DNA of 64,000 nt from an uncultured delta proteobacterium (GCA_963850305.1 CAWKKR010000007.1:640001-704000); one strand, 5' to 3'; shown: positions 28,245 through 39,071, numbered from the stretch's first letter. The notes: generated from the letters alone by a model not told the origin. A program made the numbers and translations.

Positions 28245-29255
28245 TCAGGGGGTGGCGGCGCTGCTGCGGTACTTCGTCGGCGACACGCCGGTCCATCGCT
28301 TGAACGCCCGGTCGAAGGACGCGACGTCCGAGAAGCCGAGCAAGAACGCGATCTCGCTCACCGCCGGACGCGGCTTGGAGAGGTACTGTTCGGCGAGTCG
28401 CCGTCGCATGTCCTCGACGATGTCGCTGAAGGTCGTTCCTTCGTCTTCGAGCCGCCGTCGTAGCGTCGCGACGCTCATCGCAAGCCGTCGCGCCGTGCCG
28501 CGCATCGTCACTTCGCCCATGCCGAGCTGCGCCGAGACCGAATCGCGAACGCGCCCGACCATTCCGTCGCGCGCCTCCAGCCGGCTCATCAATTCGCGTG
28601 CGTGTTGTTCGAACGCCACGAGGATGTCCGGATTGGCCCGGGACATCGGCGTTCGGAGTCGTGACTTTCGCATCACGATCGTGTTGTACGGCGCACCGAA
28701 CTTCACCGTCGTCCCGAGCCGTTCGTACGCCGCGGCGTGAGCCGGTCGCTCGTGCATGAACCGGATCTCGAGCGGTCGTTCCACGGTTGCGTTGCGACGT
28801 GAAAAGGAGAGGGCCGCCGCGACGGCAAAGTCGTTCGCCGCGGGCGGCTGCGGCACCGCGTCCGTGACACGGAACCGCCACTCGGCGATCTCCCCGTCCG
28901 GCACCAGCGTCACCTCGGCCGCGTCGTGCAACACGCGAAAATATCGGGCCATGCAGAGGATCGCGTCGCCGAGGGTGGGGGCCGCGCGGGCCGCGTACTC
29001 GAGTACCTCGAAATCGCCGGCCTCCAGCGACTCGCCCGCCAGAAGCCCGAGTGCGGGCCCGCTCGCGGCCGCCGAGTCACGGAGGAGTCTCATGGCAATC
29101 CGATGTGGCACTCGTGTGTCCGGATTCGCAAAATCCGCGGGCTTGATTCCCGCGCTCGTCAGTCGGTCGAGCGTGTTCGCATCGGCGGCACCAACCCGAA
29201 CGAAAGGCCACATCAGCCTGACCGAGAGCGATGCCTCCTTGCGCGATACGTGCAC
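28245..29255 (-). CDS. AraC-family transcriptional regulator with N-terminal ligand-binding domain
   Basis: C-terminal ARRLAMSVATLRRRL and EIAFLLGFSDVASFDRAFKRWTGVSP; start probably GTG 29255 or ATG 29213. Confidence 0.9.
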   Translation of the reverse strand: MHVSRKEASLSVRLMWPFVRVGAADANTLDRLTSAGIKPADFANPDTRVPHRIAMRLLRDSAAASGPALGLLAGESLEAGDFEVLEYAARAAPTLGDAILCMARYFRVLHDAAEVTLVPDGEIAEWRFRVTDAVPQPPAANDFAVAAALSFSRRNATVERPLEIRFMHERPAHAAAYERLGTTVKFGAPYNTIVMRKSRLRTPMSRANPDILVAFEQHARELMSRLEARDGMVGRVRDSVSAQLGMGEVTMRGTARRLAMSVATLRRRLEDEGTTFSDIVEDMRRRLAEQYLSKPRPAVSEIAFLLGFSDVASFDRAFKRWTGVSPTKYRSSAATP

Positions 29256-29755
29256 GGCCGCGGGATGGTAACGCGAGCCCTCACCGATATCAGCCGCGAT
29301 TCGCGCAGGAAGTCTCCCGCGAGAACACCACAGCACGCATGGAAAAGTGAAATCGGAACGCAGTTTTCCCCACACCTGGACGTGTGGATGGACCTCGCGT
29401 ACTTGCGCAACTGTACGAAGCCTGCGCGGCCCACGATGTACGCAAGCTCTGGCGACGCATCGCGCCTTCTCCGAGAAATTCGCGCGAATATCCAGCCAAT
29501 TCAGGCAAACCAGGGCTCGATCGAGCCGTGGCACGAGCGTTGCTCTACTGCTCCGCGTGCTCCGCACCTCCAATTCCGTCGCATCCCAAAACCGGATCGT
29601 CGGAAGCTGAACAGTCCAAGCCTCGGTGATCCCGACTCGGACACTTCAGCAGGAGGAGCAGGAACGACGATGGCAGCGCTGGAAGACGTCCTCCACATCA
29701 CGGGACGGCTTCCCAGGGAACGGCGAACGCGGCGACCCCGGTTCACGGTAACCCT

Positions 29756-31195
29756 TCAGGTGACGCCATCTGGCCGAGAAGGAGCGGTGCTGAGCGGGAG
29801 GGCGACGTCCTCGAGCGCGCGACCCTCCGCGGCCACCCCGAGCACGAGCGCAACGGCAGCTGCGCCGGTCATCAGCGCGGCGCCGATGGCGTACCCGATG
29901 AAGAGCTCGTTCCGGCTTCCGGTCTGGATGAGCGCGCCGAACAATGCCGGCGCGACTAGCCCCCCGACGCCGGTTCCGACGGCGTAGAAGAGAGCGATCG
30001 CGAGCGCGCGGATCTCGAGCGGGAAGATCTCGCTCACGGTGAGATAAGCCGAGCTCGCCGCCGCCGATGCGAAGAAGAACGCCACCGACCAGGCGAGCGT
30101 CTGGGTGAAAGCGTTCAGCGCTCCGACTCGAAAGAGCACTCCAGTCATCAAGAGTGCCGCGCCGCTCACGGCATAGGTGACGGCGATCATCGTCTTTCTT
30201 CCCACCGAGTCGAAGAGATGTCCGAGGACCAGTGGTCCGGTCAAGTTGCCGAGCGCAAAGGGCAGCAGATACTGCCAGACCTGCTCCGGCGAGACGCCGT
30301 AGAAGTGGGTGAGCGTCAGCGAGTACGTGAAGAAGATCGAGTTGTAGAAGAACGCCTGCGCGGTCATGAGCGACACTCCGAGGAGCGCGCGGCTTCGGTA
30401 GGTCGAGAACATGACGCTCGCGATTCGCCGAAAGCCAATCCGGGTCCCCACGACGAGGCGGATGCGAGTGAGCTGGCCCGGCGAGTCCGCCCTCGCGCAC
30501 CGAGCCTCGATGCCCTGCACGATCGCGTCGGCTTCGGCCTGCCGCCCGTGCACCATGAGCCACCGGGGAGATTCCGGCACGAATCGTCGCAACAGGACCA
30601 CCCCAAGCGCGAGGATACCCCCGAGCGCGAACGTGGCACGCCAGCCGAGGTCGTGGCTCAAGACATGCGATTCGAGCAGAACCCCCGAAGCCGCGGCGCC
30701 GAAGGCGGTGCCGATCCAGTACCCGCCGTTGATGCCGAGGTCGACGGTTCCGCGCACCCTTGCCGGGATCAGCTCGTCGATCGCGGAGTTGATTGCAGCG
30801 TACTCGCCGCCGATGCCCATGCCCGTGAAGAATCGGCACACGATGAACGATGGGAAGCCGGTCGAAAGCGCCGTGGCGAACGTGGCCGCAACGTAGAGCC
30901 CGAGCGTCGTCAGAAACAGCTTCTTCCGCCCGTGACGATCCGCGAGGTGGCCGAACACGATCGCCCCGACGATCGCCCCCGCGATGTACGCGGTGCCCGC
31001 CCCGCCCACTTCGCCTGCGCTCAGGGCGAGTGTGTCCCGTTCTTCGAGCACGCTGCCGAGTGAGCCGACGATCGTCACTTCTAGGCCGTCGAGCATCCAC
31101 GTCACGCCGAGTGCGGCGATGACGAGTACGTGAAAGCGCCCCAGCGCCAGCCGGTCGAGGCGCGCAGGGACGTCGGTCTCCACGACGGAATTCAC
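29756..31195 (-). CDS. MFS transporter
   Basis: GHLADRHGRK motif A, GMGIGGEY, FVPESPRWL, SEIFPLEIR; GTG at 31195 with G-rich RBS (ORF-track extension to 32035 is antisense artefact). Confidence 0.92.
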   Translation of the reverse strand: MNSVVETDVPARLDRLALGRFHVLVIAALGVTWMLDGLEVTIVGSLGSVLEERDTLALSAGEVGGAGTAYIAGAIVGAIVFGHLADRHGRKKLFLTTLGLYVAATFATALSTGFPSFIVCRFFTGMGIGGEYAAINSAIDELIPARVRGTVDLGINGGYWIGTAFGAAASGVLLESHVLSHDLGWRATFALGGILALGVVLLRRFVPESPRWLMVHGRQAEADAIVQGIEARCARADSPGQLTRIRLVVGTRIGFRRIASVMFSTYRSRALLGVSLMTAQAFFYNSIFFTYSLTLTHFYGVSPEQVWQYLLPFALGNLTGPLVLGHLFDSVGRKTMIAVTYAVSGAALLMTGVLFRVGALNAFTQTLAWSVAFFFASAAASSAYLTVSEIFPLEIRALAIALFYAVGTGVGGLVAPALFGALIQTGSRNELFIGYAIGAALMTGAAAVALVLGVAAEGRALEDVALPLSTAPSRPDGVT

Positions 31196-31336
31196 TGCTC
31201 TCCCCCCTAACAAACGACGTTTGCCAACGATAGCGCCCATGCTCCCGTCCTCTCCGAATGTGCAGCCGGGCGCCAGAGTGTAGAATCCGGGGACTGCCGG
31301 GTGCGGGTCGGGGTGCCGCGCCGGGAGAGCTCGAAG

Positions 31337-32962
31337 ATGGCCAAGATCAAAATCACGATCTCGAAGCGGTGGGTCGCGCCAGGAGTCGCGGCGCTCTTCG
31401 CGGGCGCCTGTCTGCCCGCTCCAGCTCAACAGGACGTGTCGCCTGGGTCGGGTGGAACGGACGCCGGCCTTGGTGCGCGCGCGGGTGGTTCTCCCGGAAG
31501 CGGCGGCACGGCGAGCGGCGGCAGCAGCGCCGACGGTGGCACGAACGCCGGTGGTGCCACGAACGACGGCGGCACGAACGTCGGCGGTGGCACGAACGGC
31601 GGTGGTGCCACGAACGTCGGCGGTGGCACGGACGCCGGTGGTGCCACGAACGTCGGCGGTGGCACGAACGCCGGCGGTGGCACGAACGCCGGTGGTGCCA
31701 CGAACGACGGCGCCACGAACGACGGCGCCACGAATGCCGGCGGCACGAATGCCGGCGAAGGCGGGGCTGATGCTTCCGTGTCGTCCAGCAGTGGTGGCGG
31801 CTCGTCGAGCGGCGGCGCTGCGTCGTTGCCCGACGCATCCGTGAACGTGCCGGACGGCTCCTCCGACGCGGGCGTCGGCCCCTGCGGTATCTGCGCTTCG
31901 GGGCTGTGCCTCGACGGCGGCGTCTGTGCCGCATGCGCCGGTGATTCCCAGTGCGCGGGTGGCCGCTGCAATCCCGCCACCCACTCCTGCGTTTCCTGCT
32001 TGCCGGGCCCGACGGACAACTGCGGTGCAACTCAATATTGCGATCCGGTGCTGCTCACGTGCCAGGAGGGCTGCAAGAGCGGGGACTCATGCGCGAGCGG
32101 CAGCTGCAACGCGGCGCACGATTGCGATGAGTGCGTCGCCGACGACGAGTGCGCCGCCGGTCGGCTCTGCGCGACGGGCCAATGTGCGGCGGCGTGTGAA
32201 TCCGCGATCGATTGCCCGAGTGACTTCACGTGCTGCGATTCTCGCTGCGCAGCTCTGTCCCGCGATCCGGCAAACTGCGGCGGATGTGGCGTCGCGTGCT
32301 CGACGGCGCAATATTGTGGCGGGAGTGGGTGCGCGGCGAATGACGTTGCCGACATTTGCGACGTGTCGCGGATCACGGTCCTGCTCGATACGCTCACGGT
32401 GGACGACACCGTCGGCCCTCAGGTGGCCGCGGCCATGAATCGGCTCTGTCCGTCCGCACCGAGCACCGAGTCCGTGGACCAGGGCGGTTCCCCCGTGATC
32501 AATCCCACGACCGGTCGACCCGTGGGCGGTCCCGGCGATCTTATCGTCGCGCTCGGCGGCCCGTTCGGGCAGCGCGTCGTCGAGTATCTCGAGTCATCCG
32601 GGATCTCGAAGGTTCGCTACACGTTCGACGAGAACACGGCCGGCTTTCGCGGCACCGCGGGAGACGGCGCGGCAGACTCCCTGATCGTCGACGCCGACGT
32701 GTCCACCCTCACGGCGAGCCACGACTTTTTCCTCATCGAACCCGTCGTGGATCCCGTGTCCGGGACGCGTGTGTTCGAGCTTTACGGTTTGACCTATGCC
32801 GGGACGGCTGCGGCCGCCTGGTTTTTCACCAATCAGATGCTCCCCCAGGCGGACCTTCCGAGCTTCGACCAGACCTACTACGTCTACGAATGGACGGACA
32901 CGGACGCGAACCTGGCGCCCGACGCGAGTGACACATTTCGGCTGGTCGCCTCCGGCACCTGA
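31337..32962 (+). CDS. Cys-rich surface lipoprotein with Gly/Thr/Asn tandem-repeat linker
   Basis: Lipobox FAGAC; (GGTNAG/GGATND/NVGG)n repeats about 31535-31755; Cys-rich block including DPANCGGCG; globular C-terminal domain. Confidence 0.75.
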   Translation: MAKIKITISKRWVAPGVAALFAGACLPAPAQQDVSPGSGGTDAGLGARAGGSPGSGGTASGGSSADGGTNAGGATNDGGTNVGGGTNGGGATNVGGGTDAGGATNVGGGTNAGGGTNAGGATNDGATNDGATNAGGTNAGEGGADASVSSSSGGGSSSGGAASLPDASVNVPDGSSDAGVGPCGICASGLCLDGGVCAACAGDSQCAGGRCNPATHSCVSCLPGPTDNCGATQYCDPVLLTCQEGCKSGDSCASGSCNAAHDCDECVADDECAAGRLCATGQCAAACESAIDCPSDFTCCDSRCAALSRDPANCGGCGVACSTAQYCGGSGCAANDVADICDVSRITVLLDTLTVDDTVGPQVAAAMNRLCPSAPSTESVDQGGSPVINPTTGRPVGGPGDLIVALGGPFGQRVVEYLESSGISKVRYTFDENTAGFRGTAGDGAADSLIVDADVSTLTASHDFFLIEPVVDPVSGTRVFELYGLTYAGTAAAAWFFTNQMLPQADLPSFDQTYYVYEWTDTDANLAPDASDTFRLVASGT

Positions 32963-32964
32963 CG

Positions 32965-33582
32965 TCACGCGCGGAAGCTGATGCGGTAATCCGCGGAGGC
33001 CTCGGCGATGGTCTGAAGCTCGACACGCGTTTCGAGCCCCCGGGCTCCGGCGACGGCAGCGGCGAAGCCGTGCTCGAGACCTTCGAGGAAGAGGCGCGAG
33101 AACAGCCCGCTCGGAAATGTCAGCCGAGCCGTCGTATGGACGCGGCCATTCGATTCCTCGACCTTGCCCGTGGTCAGTGTGGACCCACGATGAAGCGCAT
33201 GCCATCGCTTCGACGCGCCCAGAATGACGAGCGTCGGCGACAGGAGGCGCATGAGGGTGCGGAGGAGAGGCTTGTCGAAGAGTTCCTTGTTCATGGAAAA
33301 CGTCCACTGATGAAACGCCGCGTCCGTCGTGAAAGCGAGATCTCGAACGGCGAGGTGGGCCAGCTGAAAGTCCACTTCGGGAACCCAGCCATCGAGCGTC
33401 TTTCCGGACAGGAGCTTCGCGGCGGATTCCGGAACGCCAGGGTCGCGGGCCAGCCGCGCGAACTCCTGCGAGTACCGATCGAGGACCTCGCGGCGCACCT
33501 CGCAGCTTCGGAAGCTCTCGGGTCGGCCTGGCAAGGCGTCGAGGTACGCGGTGACGTGGGGCAAACGGGTGGCCACGGTCAT
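32965..33582 (-). CDS. Myxobacterial DUF2378-like hypothetical protein
   Basis: YLDALP..P.SF..C, WVPEV, LM.LLSP..V...A..RW..LHRGS pattern; 205 aa. Confidence 0.55.
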   Translation of the reverse strand: MTVATRLPHVTAYLDALPGRPESFRSCEVRREVLDRYSQEFARLARDPGVPESAAKLLSGKTLDGWVPEVDFQLAHLAVRDLAFTTDAAFHQWTFSMNKELFDKPLLRTLMRLLSPTLVILGASKRWHALHRGSTLTTGKVEESNGRVHTTARLTFPSGLFSRLFLEGLEHGFAAAVAGARGLETRVELQTIAEASADYRISFRA

Positions 33583-33688
33583 CGCACGTTACGATCGCCG
33601 AGATGGCGCCCGGGCGGCAAGCCGATGTTTTGGCGGTGTCCTCGCTGGCCTTGACTGACGATGTTTCCGTCGTAGCAAGGCGTACCCC

Positions 33689-34381
33689 ATGAAATGGCGA
33701 AGCCGAGTACGCATGGTTCGACCGTCACTGCTCCTCGCGCTCACCGGCGCGGTGGTCTTTGCTGGAATCGCGAACGGCAGTGCAGGCGCATCGCCTCGTG
33801 AAATCACGGTGGATCCTGCCGGCTTTCGCGTCATTGCTCGCCAGTCCGGCAAGGTGAACTACTACACGCTCGTCGAGGGTGCCGACCCACACATTCATGC
33901 GGCGTATCGCCCGCCGACGGCGACGGCGGTTCTCGGTTACGAGATCCCGGATGCGCTACGGCATCGCGTTGCGCAGGTACGCTGGAAGTGGCGAGCCGAC
34001 ACGCTGCCGCGCGGTGGCGATGAGTGTCGAGACGGCAAAGGGGATTCCGCGGCGGTCGTCTACCTCACCTGGCGGCGCGGCCTGAAGTGGTATTCGGTGA
34101 AGTACGTGTGGAGCGCGGTCGGCCCCAGGGGCAAGACTTGCGACGTGAAGCGGAACCTCTTTCGTGCGCAGGACACGGTCGTGGTCGACAGCGGCCCGCC
34201 TCTCGACGAATGGCACACCGTTCGGGTCGACCCAGACACGGAGTTCCGGAATCACTTCGAGGGGGGTGATGCGCGCGCAGAAGTCCCCGATCTCATCGGC
34301 ATCGGAATCATGACGGATGGCGATCAGACGAACAGCGAGAGCGCCGCGGACTTCGGGGGCTTCTCGCTCATGACGCGGTGA
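33689..34381 (+). CDS. DUF3047-like exported protein
   Basis: Signal peptide; WKWR..TLP.GGDE, DSAAVVY, KYVWS and GIGIMTDGDQT.SES.ADF motifs. Confidence 0.7.
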   Translation: MKWRSRVRMVRPSLLLALTGAVVFAGIANGSAGASPREITVDPAGFRVIARQSGKVNYYTLVEGADPHIHAAYRPPTATAVLGYEIPDALRHRVAQVRWKWRADTLPRGGDECRDGKGDSAAVVYLTWRRGLKWYSVKYVWSAVGPRGKTCDVKRNLFRAQDTVVVDSGPPLDEWHTVRVDPDTEFRNHFEGGDARAEVPDLIGIGIMTDGDQTNSESAADFGGFSLMTR

Positions 34382-34399
34382 GAGGTTCCCGTGCGCACT

Positions 34400-35284
34400 T
34401 CAGCGCAGCGTGACGTGTAGGCCCACGGTCTCCAGGCTGCCGTCGAACGGAGGCACCTGGACACCGCGGAAAAGCCTCGCGACGCACTCACCTCCGAGCG
34501 TCCCCTGTAGCGCGCTCTCCTCGACGACGGCATGCGTCGCGCGTCCGGAGGGCGCGAAGGTGACCGTCACGCGAAGTCTGCCGGTTGCAGCATCGCCGCA
34601 TCGAGAGGACGCTGTCGCCGCCATGGCCTCGAGTGCGGCACGTGCGGCGTGGGGATCGAACGTGCTCGCCGTCGGCGCAGGCTCGACTTCGGCCTTTGTC
34701 GCCGGAGCGGGCTCGACTTCGGCCTTTGTCGCCGTCGTCGTCGGCAGAGCTCGGGGGGCCTTCGGGGCCGGCGCGGGCTCTTCAGCGACGCGTGGAGGCT
34801 CCGCCGCAATCATCACCTGAGGCAATTGGATGCTGCTCCCAGGCAGTGGTGCCGAGTCCTCGAGCGACGGCGACGGATGGGCGAGTGTTCCGCTCACCGG
34901 CCCATGGAATGCGATCGGAGGGATGCTTGCTGGGTGCGCGACGGAGGTAGGTACGTGCTTCGAAGAGCCACGAGCGATGAAGAATGGCAGCGCTGTCAGG
35001 AGAGCCACCATGACGAAGAACGCGACCATCGGCGCGCTCACCTTCGACCCGTCCCTGCGAGCGGCTTCACCAGCGTCGACCGCCGTTGGAGGCATCATTA
35101 CAGGATGGTCGGGCGTCCCGATGCGAGCGACCGACAGGGCGAGGGCTCGCAGGTCCGCCTTCGAGTCAGGCGGACCAAACGGTGCCGCGTCGGGAAGGGG
35201 AGGGATGTTCCGTGCGAGGCCGGGCGGCGGCGGTCGGCGGGGTCGGATGGTGAGATGCAGAGGTTCGAGGGGGCCGTGCGACAT
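34400..35284 (-). CDS. Pro-rich bitopic membrane protein with AgmX/TonB-C-like C-terminal domain
   Basis: Single TM, Pro/Ala linker with duplicated TKAEVEPAP, C-terminal FD..AA..AL...C...VTVTFAPSG...GECV...F....VPPFDG. Confidence 0.6.
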   Translation of the reverse strand: MSHGPLEPLHLTIRPRRPPPPGLARNIPPLPDAAPFGPPDSKADLRALALSVARIGTPDHPVMMPPTAVDAGEAARRDGSKVSAPMVAFFVMVALLTALPFFIARGSSKHVPTSVAHPASIPPIAFHGPVSGTLAHPSPSLEDSAPLPGSSIQLPQVMIAAEPPRVAEEPAPAPKAPRALPTTTATKAEVEPAPATKAEVEPAPTASTFDPHAARAALEAMAATASSRCGDAATGRLRVTVTFAPSGRATHAVVEESALQGTLGGECVARLFRGVQVPPFDGSLETVGLHVTLR

Positions 35285-35502
35285 GACCCTCGGCTGCTCT
35301 GCATCGCGCGCGCCAGCGTGTAGCTAGGGCGTTTCGCCGCTTCCGGTCGGGGGCGTCGTAGCGTCGGTCACGTAGTCGACGGCGATCTCGTCGGCGTAGC
35401 GTCGGTCACGGGCGAGAGGCAGAGGGTGAAATTCCTCCTTTCGTGCGAGGTTCGTCACTTGTGTTAAACCAGGGGGTCGGATTTCGATCGAAAGGAGCGA
35501 GG

Positions 35503-36363
35503 ATGCGCGCGGCAATCATCTGCGGGATCTGTGCAGGCACCGTTTGGCTCGTTGCGTGCGGCAGTAGCGGTTCGAGCTCACTCGGCGGTTCGGGCTCGGG
35601 GGGCGCGGATTCCGGAACGGGACAGCTCGGCGCGGGCGGCTCGTCGGGCGGCGGCTCTTCGAATGGTGGGGAAATTGGCGCCGGGGGTTCCGCTGGACTG
35701 GGCACAGGTGGCTCGAGCGGCGGGACGGGACTTCAAGACGGTTCGGTCCCGGACGCGAGTGCGTCTGCGGATGCCGGCGGTCCAGACTCGGGCAGCGTTG
35801 GCGGAGCAGATGGTGGCGGCCAAGATGCCAGTGGCAGCACGAACAGCGGCGGCACCGGGAGTGGCAGTGGCGGCAGCGGCAGCGGCAGCGGCGGCATTAC
35901 CGGAAGTGGCGGCACCGGGAGTGGCAACGGCGGCACCGGCGGCGGCAGCGGCGGCACCGGGAGTGGCAGTGGCGGCATTACCGGAAGTGGCGGCACCGGG
36001 AGTGGCAGTGGCGGCATTACCGGCAGCGGCGGCACGACCGGCAGCGGCGGCACCGTCGCTGACGCGGGATCGGCGTGCAATGTTCTCGCGGACTGCTGCA
36101 AGAGCGTCGCCCCCGTGGAGGCCACGGGCTGCAACGAGATCGTTTCGCTCCACTTCGAGACGGCATGCCAGCAGGCGGCGCGTACGTATTGCGCGAATTC
36201 GGATGCGGGCAGTTCCGTGGAAGTCGATGGCGGAGGCGGTTGCAGTGCGCTGACGACATGCTGTAACCGGCTCGCCGGGGACCAGAAAGTCCTCTGCAAC
36301 GCCGTGACGAACGCGGGACAGAACTCCACGTGCGACGAGATCTCGGCGCTCTTGTGTAGATAG
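35503..36363 (+). CDS. Gly/Ser-linker lipoprotein with two C-x2-L-x2-CC helical repeats
   Basis: AAGGAG RBS; lipobox LVAC; (GSGGTG/GSGGIT)n; CNVLADCC...C...C...C and CSALTTCC...C...C...C. Confidence 0.7.
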   Translation: MRAAIICGICAGTVWLVACGSSGSSSLGGSGSGGADSGTGQLGAGGSSGGGSSNGGEIGAGGSAGLGTGGSSGGTGLQDGSVPDASASADAGGPDSGSVGGADGGGQDASGSTNSGGTGSGSGGSGSGSGGITGSGGTGSGNGGTGGGSGGTGSGSGGITGSGGTGSGSGGITGSGGTTGSGGTVADAGSACNVLADCCKSVAPVEATGCNEIVSLHFETACQQAARTYCANSDAGSSVEVDGGGGCSALTTCCNRLAGDQKVLCNAVTNAGQNSTCDEISALLCR

Positions 36364-36512
36364 CAACCGGCCCATCGGGGTACTCTGGGTCGGCGAGTCG
36401 CATTCTTCCGGGATTTCTCCGTCCTGGAGGTCGCTTGACACAGCTCGATGCCTTCGGTACGTGCGGGAGCGCGGATGGCCTTATCGCCGTCCCGCTTCCA
36501 CGGAGGACACTG

Positions 36513-37025
36513 ATGCGAAAGACGATTTACACACTGGCATCGGCGGCGCTGTTGCTGTCGGGAACCGCGTTCGGGGACAACGTCGGTCACGCCACGGGTA
36601 TGAGGAGTGCGTCGGGCTACGGTCCCGCCGGATGCGGTCTTGGTTCGATGATCTTCGCGCCGGATTCAGGGCTAACCCAGATATTTGCCGCGACGACCAA
36701 TGGCACGTCGGGGACGCAGACATTCGGCATCTCGAGCGGAACGAGCAACTGCGGGGACACTCACGGTGGGTCGGCCAGCACCAAGTCCTTCGTGCAGACG
36801 AACCGCGTCGCTCTGTCGAAAGATATCGCCCGCGGCCAGGGTGAGACCCTGATGAGTCTCGCCGAGCTGGCCGGGTGCAGCGATTTGGGCGCGGTCGGTC
36901 ACGTTCTGCAGAAGAACTTCAAGCAGATCTTTCCGACGGCGTCCGCGACCGACGGGCAGGTGAGCGACGCCGTGATTCAGGTCCTCAAGAGCAATCGGTC
37001 GCTCGCTTGCGGAAACCTCGTCTGA
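36513..37025 (+). CDS. DUF3015-family secreted protein
   Basis: GGAGG RBS; signal peptide; GPAGCGLGS, AATTNGTSGTQTFGISSGTSNC and DIARGQGETL motifs. Confidence 0.85.
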   Translation: MRKTIYTLASAALLLSGTAFGDNVGHATGMRSASGYGPAGCGLGSMIFAPDSGLTQIFAATTNGTSGTQTFGISSGTSNCGDTHGGSASTKSFVQTNRVALSKDIARGQGETLMSLAELAGCSDLGAVGHVLQKNFKQIFPTASATDGQVSDAVIQVLKSNRSLACGNLV

Positions 37026-37051
37026 CGCTCCGCAGGCCGATGAAGTGAAGT

Positions 37052-37088
37052 ACGATGGGGGTGACGCGGTCGCCCCCATCGTCATTTT
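37052..37088 (+). terminator. Intercistronic stem-loop (terminator/attenuator-like)
   Basis: ACGATGGGGGTGAC-GCG-GTCGCCCCCATCGT, a 14-bp stem with one G:U pair, followed by CATTTT. Confidence 0.6.
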
Positions 37089-39062
37089 GTGAACGGACGA
37101 ATGGCGGAGATATCGAGCCCCCGTCGGCGAGCGATCGTTCTTTTCCTGGTGTCCTTGGCTTCGCTGGCTTTTGCGCAGGCGGGTGTGGCCGCCTCGGGCG
37201 ATCCATATGTCGAATCGCTCGTCGTCTCGGCGCGCGCGCGCCGGCTCTTCATGGAGGAGGAGTGGCTCCGTCTTGGCCACTACCGACGTGGAATGTTCGG
37301 CGGTTACACGAGCGAAGCGGACGGGATGCCATTCTTCCTCGCCGCGGACGGCAAGACGGATCCCGAAGCCGAGCTTCTGACCACCTTGCGCGCGTTCTTC
37401 GCCGAACCGTCGCCGGATCTCGACGTGCAGCACGCCATCTGCAAGTTTCCTGCCCGCTTCATGTGGCTGAACCAGGAGCTTCACTTCGACCGAACGCACT
37501 TGCCTCGTGTCGACTGCCGCGCGTTCCGCGAGTTCGTGACGGCACTCGATCCCGAGTCGGTGACGCTCGTGTTTTCCTCGTATTTCCTGAACAACCCCGC
37601 GTCGTCCTTCGGTCACACGTTCCTGCGTGTCAACAAGCGTGGGCGTTATGGAGCCGGGCACAACGATCTCCTCGACTACGGCGTCGACTACTCGGCCAAC
37701 GTGGATACGTCGAATCCGGTCTTGTACGCGCTGAAGGGGCTGTTCGGGTTGTTCCCAGGCACGTTCCATCGGATGCCGTATTACCTCAAGGTCCGTGAAT
37801 ACAACGATTACGACTCGCGAGATCTCTGGGAGTACGATCTTGCGCTTCGGCCCGCCGAGGTGGCGATGTTCGTCGCGCATCTCTGGGAGCTCGGGTCGAC
37901 GTACTTTGCCTACTATTACCTGTCCGAGAATTGCTCGTATCACGTGCTCGGTGCGCTCGAAGCGGCAAGCCCCCGCTTGAATCTCCTGAAGCCCCTTGGC
38001 TGGCCGGTGATCCCTGCGGAGACCGTCAAGGTATTGTTCAGAACTCCGGGACTGGTCCGGAGTATCCATTACCGTCCGTCAGGGCAGACGAAGTTTCGCG
38101 CCCGACTTCGGGAACTCTCGGCGCAAGAGACGCTTGCGCTCGGCGATTTGTTCTCCGACGCGAACGCCAAACTCGACGCGAGTTTCACGCAAGAGCAACG
38201 AGTGCGGGTGCTGGACGCAGCGCTCGATCTCGCCGACACGTCGTTTGCCGATCAACTGCTGAAGGGGGACAAGGAACGCGACCGCGATGTGGCCACGTAC
38301 AAGCAGACGCTGCTCGAGCGTCGCGCTGACGAAGACGTAACGAGTGAAGACTTCACGATCGCTCCACCCGTCAGAAGCATGCCGCACATGGCCCACGGTT
38401 CGCGGAGAGTCGGTCTGGGCCCGGGATACTCCACGCGCGAGGGGTACTATCAAGCGTTCAAGCTGCGCCTGGCACTCCACGACATCGCTGACCCGGCCGA
38501 GGGATACCCCGACACGGCTGAGATCCAGTTTCTGCCGGTCACGCTTCGTTACTACGAGAGGGACCCCAGGCTCACCGTCGAGGACGCCTCGCTGATCCGG
38601 CTTCTGTCGCTGAGTCCCTGGGACGAGTTTTCGAAGAAGCTATCCTGGTCGGTCAACGTCGGGGCATCGCGGATCCGCGACGCGGGGTGCGGCAGCTGCC
38701 TTGCGGGCCAGCTGGACGTCGGAGGAGGCGTCACGGTGTCGGCCTTCAATCATGGCGCGATGCTCTATCTGCTCGGCAACGCCCAGATCGACGGGTTGTC
38801 ACCGATTCATGACGGTCTCGGGCATCTGCCCCTGCGCGTCGGCCTTGGCCCTTCGTCGGGGCTGAGGCTCCGCTTCACGGATGACCTGATCGCCGTCGCC
38901 CGAGCGGAGTGGCTGTACCTCCCCCTGCAGGAACCGAAGTACACGTGGCTCGGGCAAGCCGCGATCCGCTGGCAGTACGTGAAGAACTTCGCGTTGAGCG
39001 TCGAGGGCGGCTATCAACCCGGTGCCAAGAGCGTGCAGGCGCTCTCGTACATTTATTTCTGA
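37089..39062 (+). CDS. DUF4105 (Lnb N-terminal-like) domain protein with predicted C-terminal beta-barrel
   Basis: W..LGHY, FFLA..GK.DP.AEL, CKFPAR, NNPASSFGHTFLR, RDLWEY.L and YYYLSENCSY motifs; amphipathic strands ending in YIYF. Confidence 0.8.
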   Translation: MNGRMAEISSPRRRAIVLFLVSLASLAFAQAGVAASGDPYVESLVVSARARRLFMEEEWLRLGHYRRGMFGGYTSEADGMPFFLAADGKTDPEAELLTTLRAFFAEPSPDLDVQHAICKFPARFMWLNQELHFDRTHLPRVDCRAFREFVTALDPESVTLVFSSYFLNNPASSFGHTFLRVNKRGRYGAGHNDLLDYGVDYSANVDTSNPVLYALKGLFGLFPGTFHRMPYYLKVREYNDYDSRDLWEYDLALRPAEVAMFVAHLWELGSTYFAYYYLSENCSYHVLGALEAASPRLNLLKPLGWPVIPAETVKVLFRTPGLVRSIHYRPSGQTKFRARLRELSAQETLALGDLFSDANAKLDASFTQEQRVRVLDAALDLADTSFADQLLKGDKERDRDVATYKQTLLERRADEDVTSEDFTIAPPVRSMPHMAHGSRRVGLGPGYSTREGYYQAFKLRLALHDIADPAEGYPDTAEIQFLPVTLRYYERDPRLTVEDASLIRLLSLSPWDEFSKKLSWSVNVGASRIRDAGCGSCLAGQLDVGGGVTVSAFNHGAMLYLLGNAQIDGLSPIHDGLGHLPLRVGLGPSSGLRLRFTDDLIAVARAEWLYLPLQEPKYTWLGQAAIRWQYVKNFALSVEGGYQPGAKSVQALSYIYF

Positions 39063-39071
39063 GGCGATGGC

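Noticed and set aside
29256..29755. About 500-nt gap with an AGGAGG-preceded ATG and small ORFs; possible small gene or ncRNA
   Set aside because: The ORF runs antisense into the MFS 3' end with no recognisable motif, and no convincing RNA structure was seen.
31196..32035. Apparent N-terminal repeat extension (VRATADVRGTT) on the MFS transporter
   Set aside because: Reverse complement of the Gly-repeat linker of the plus-strand lipoprotein; the MFS has a good GTG and RBS at 31195.
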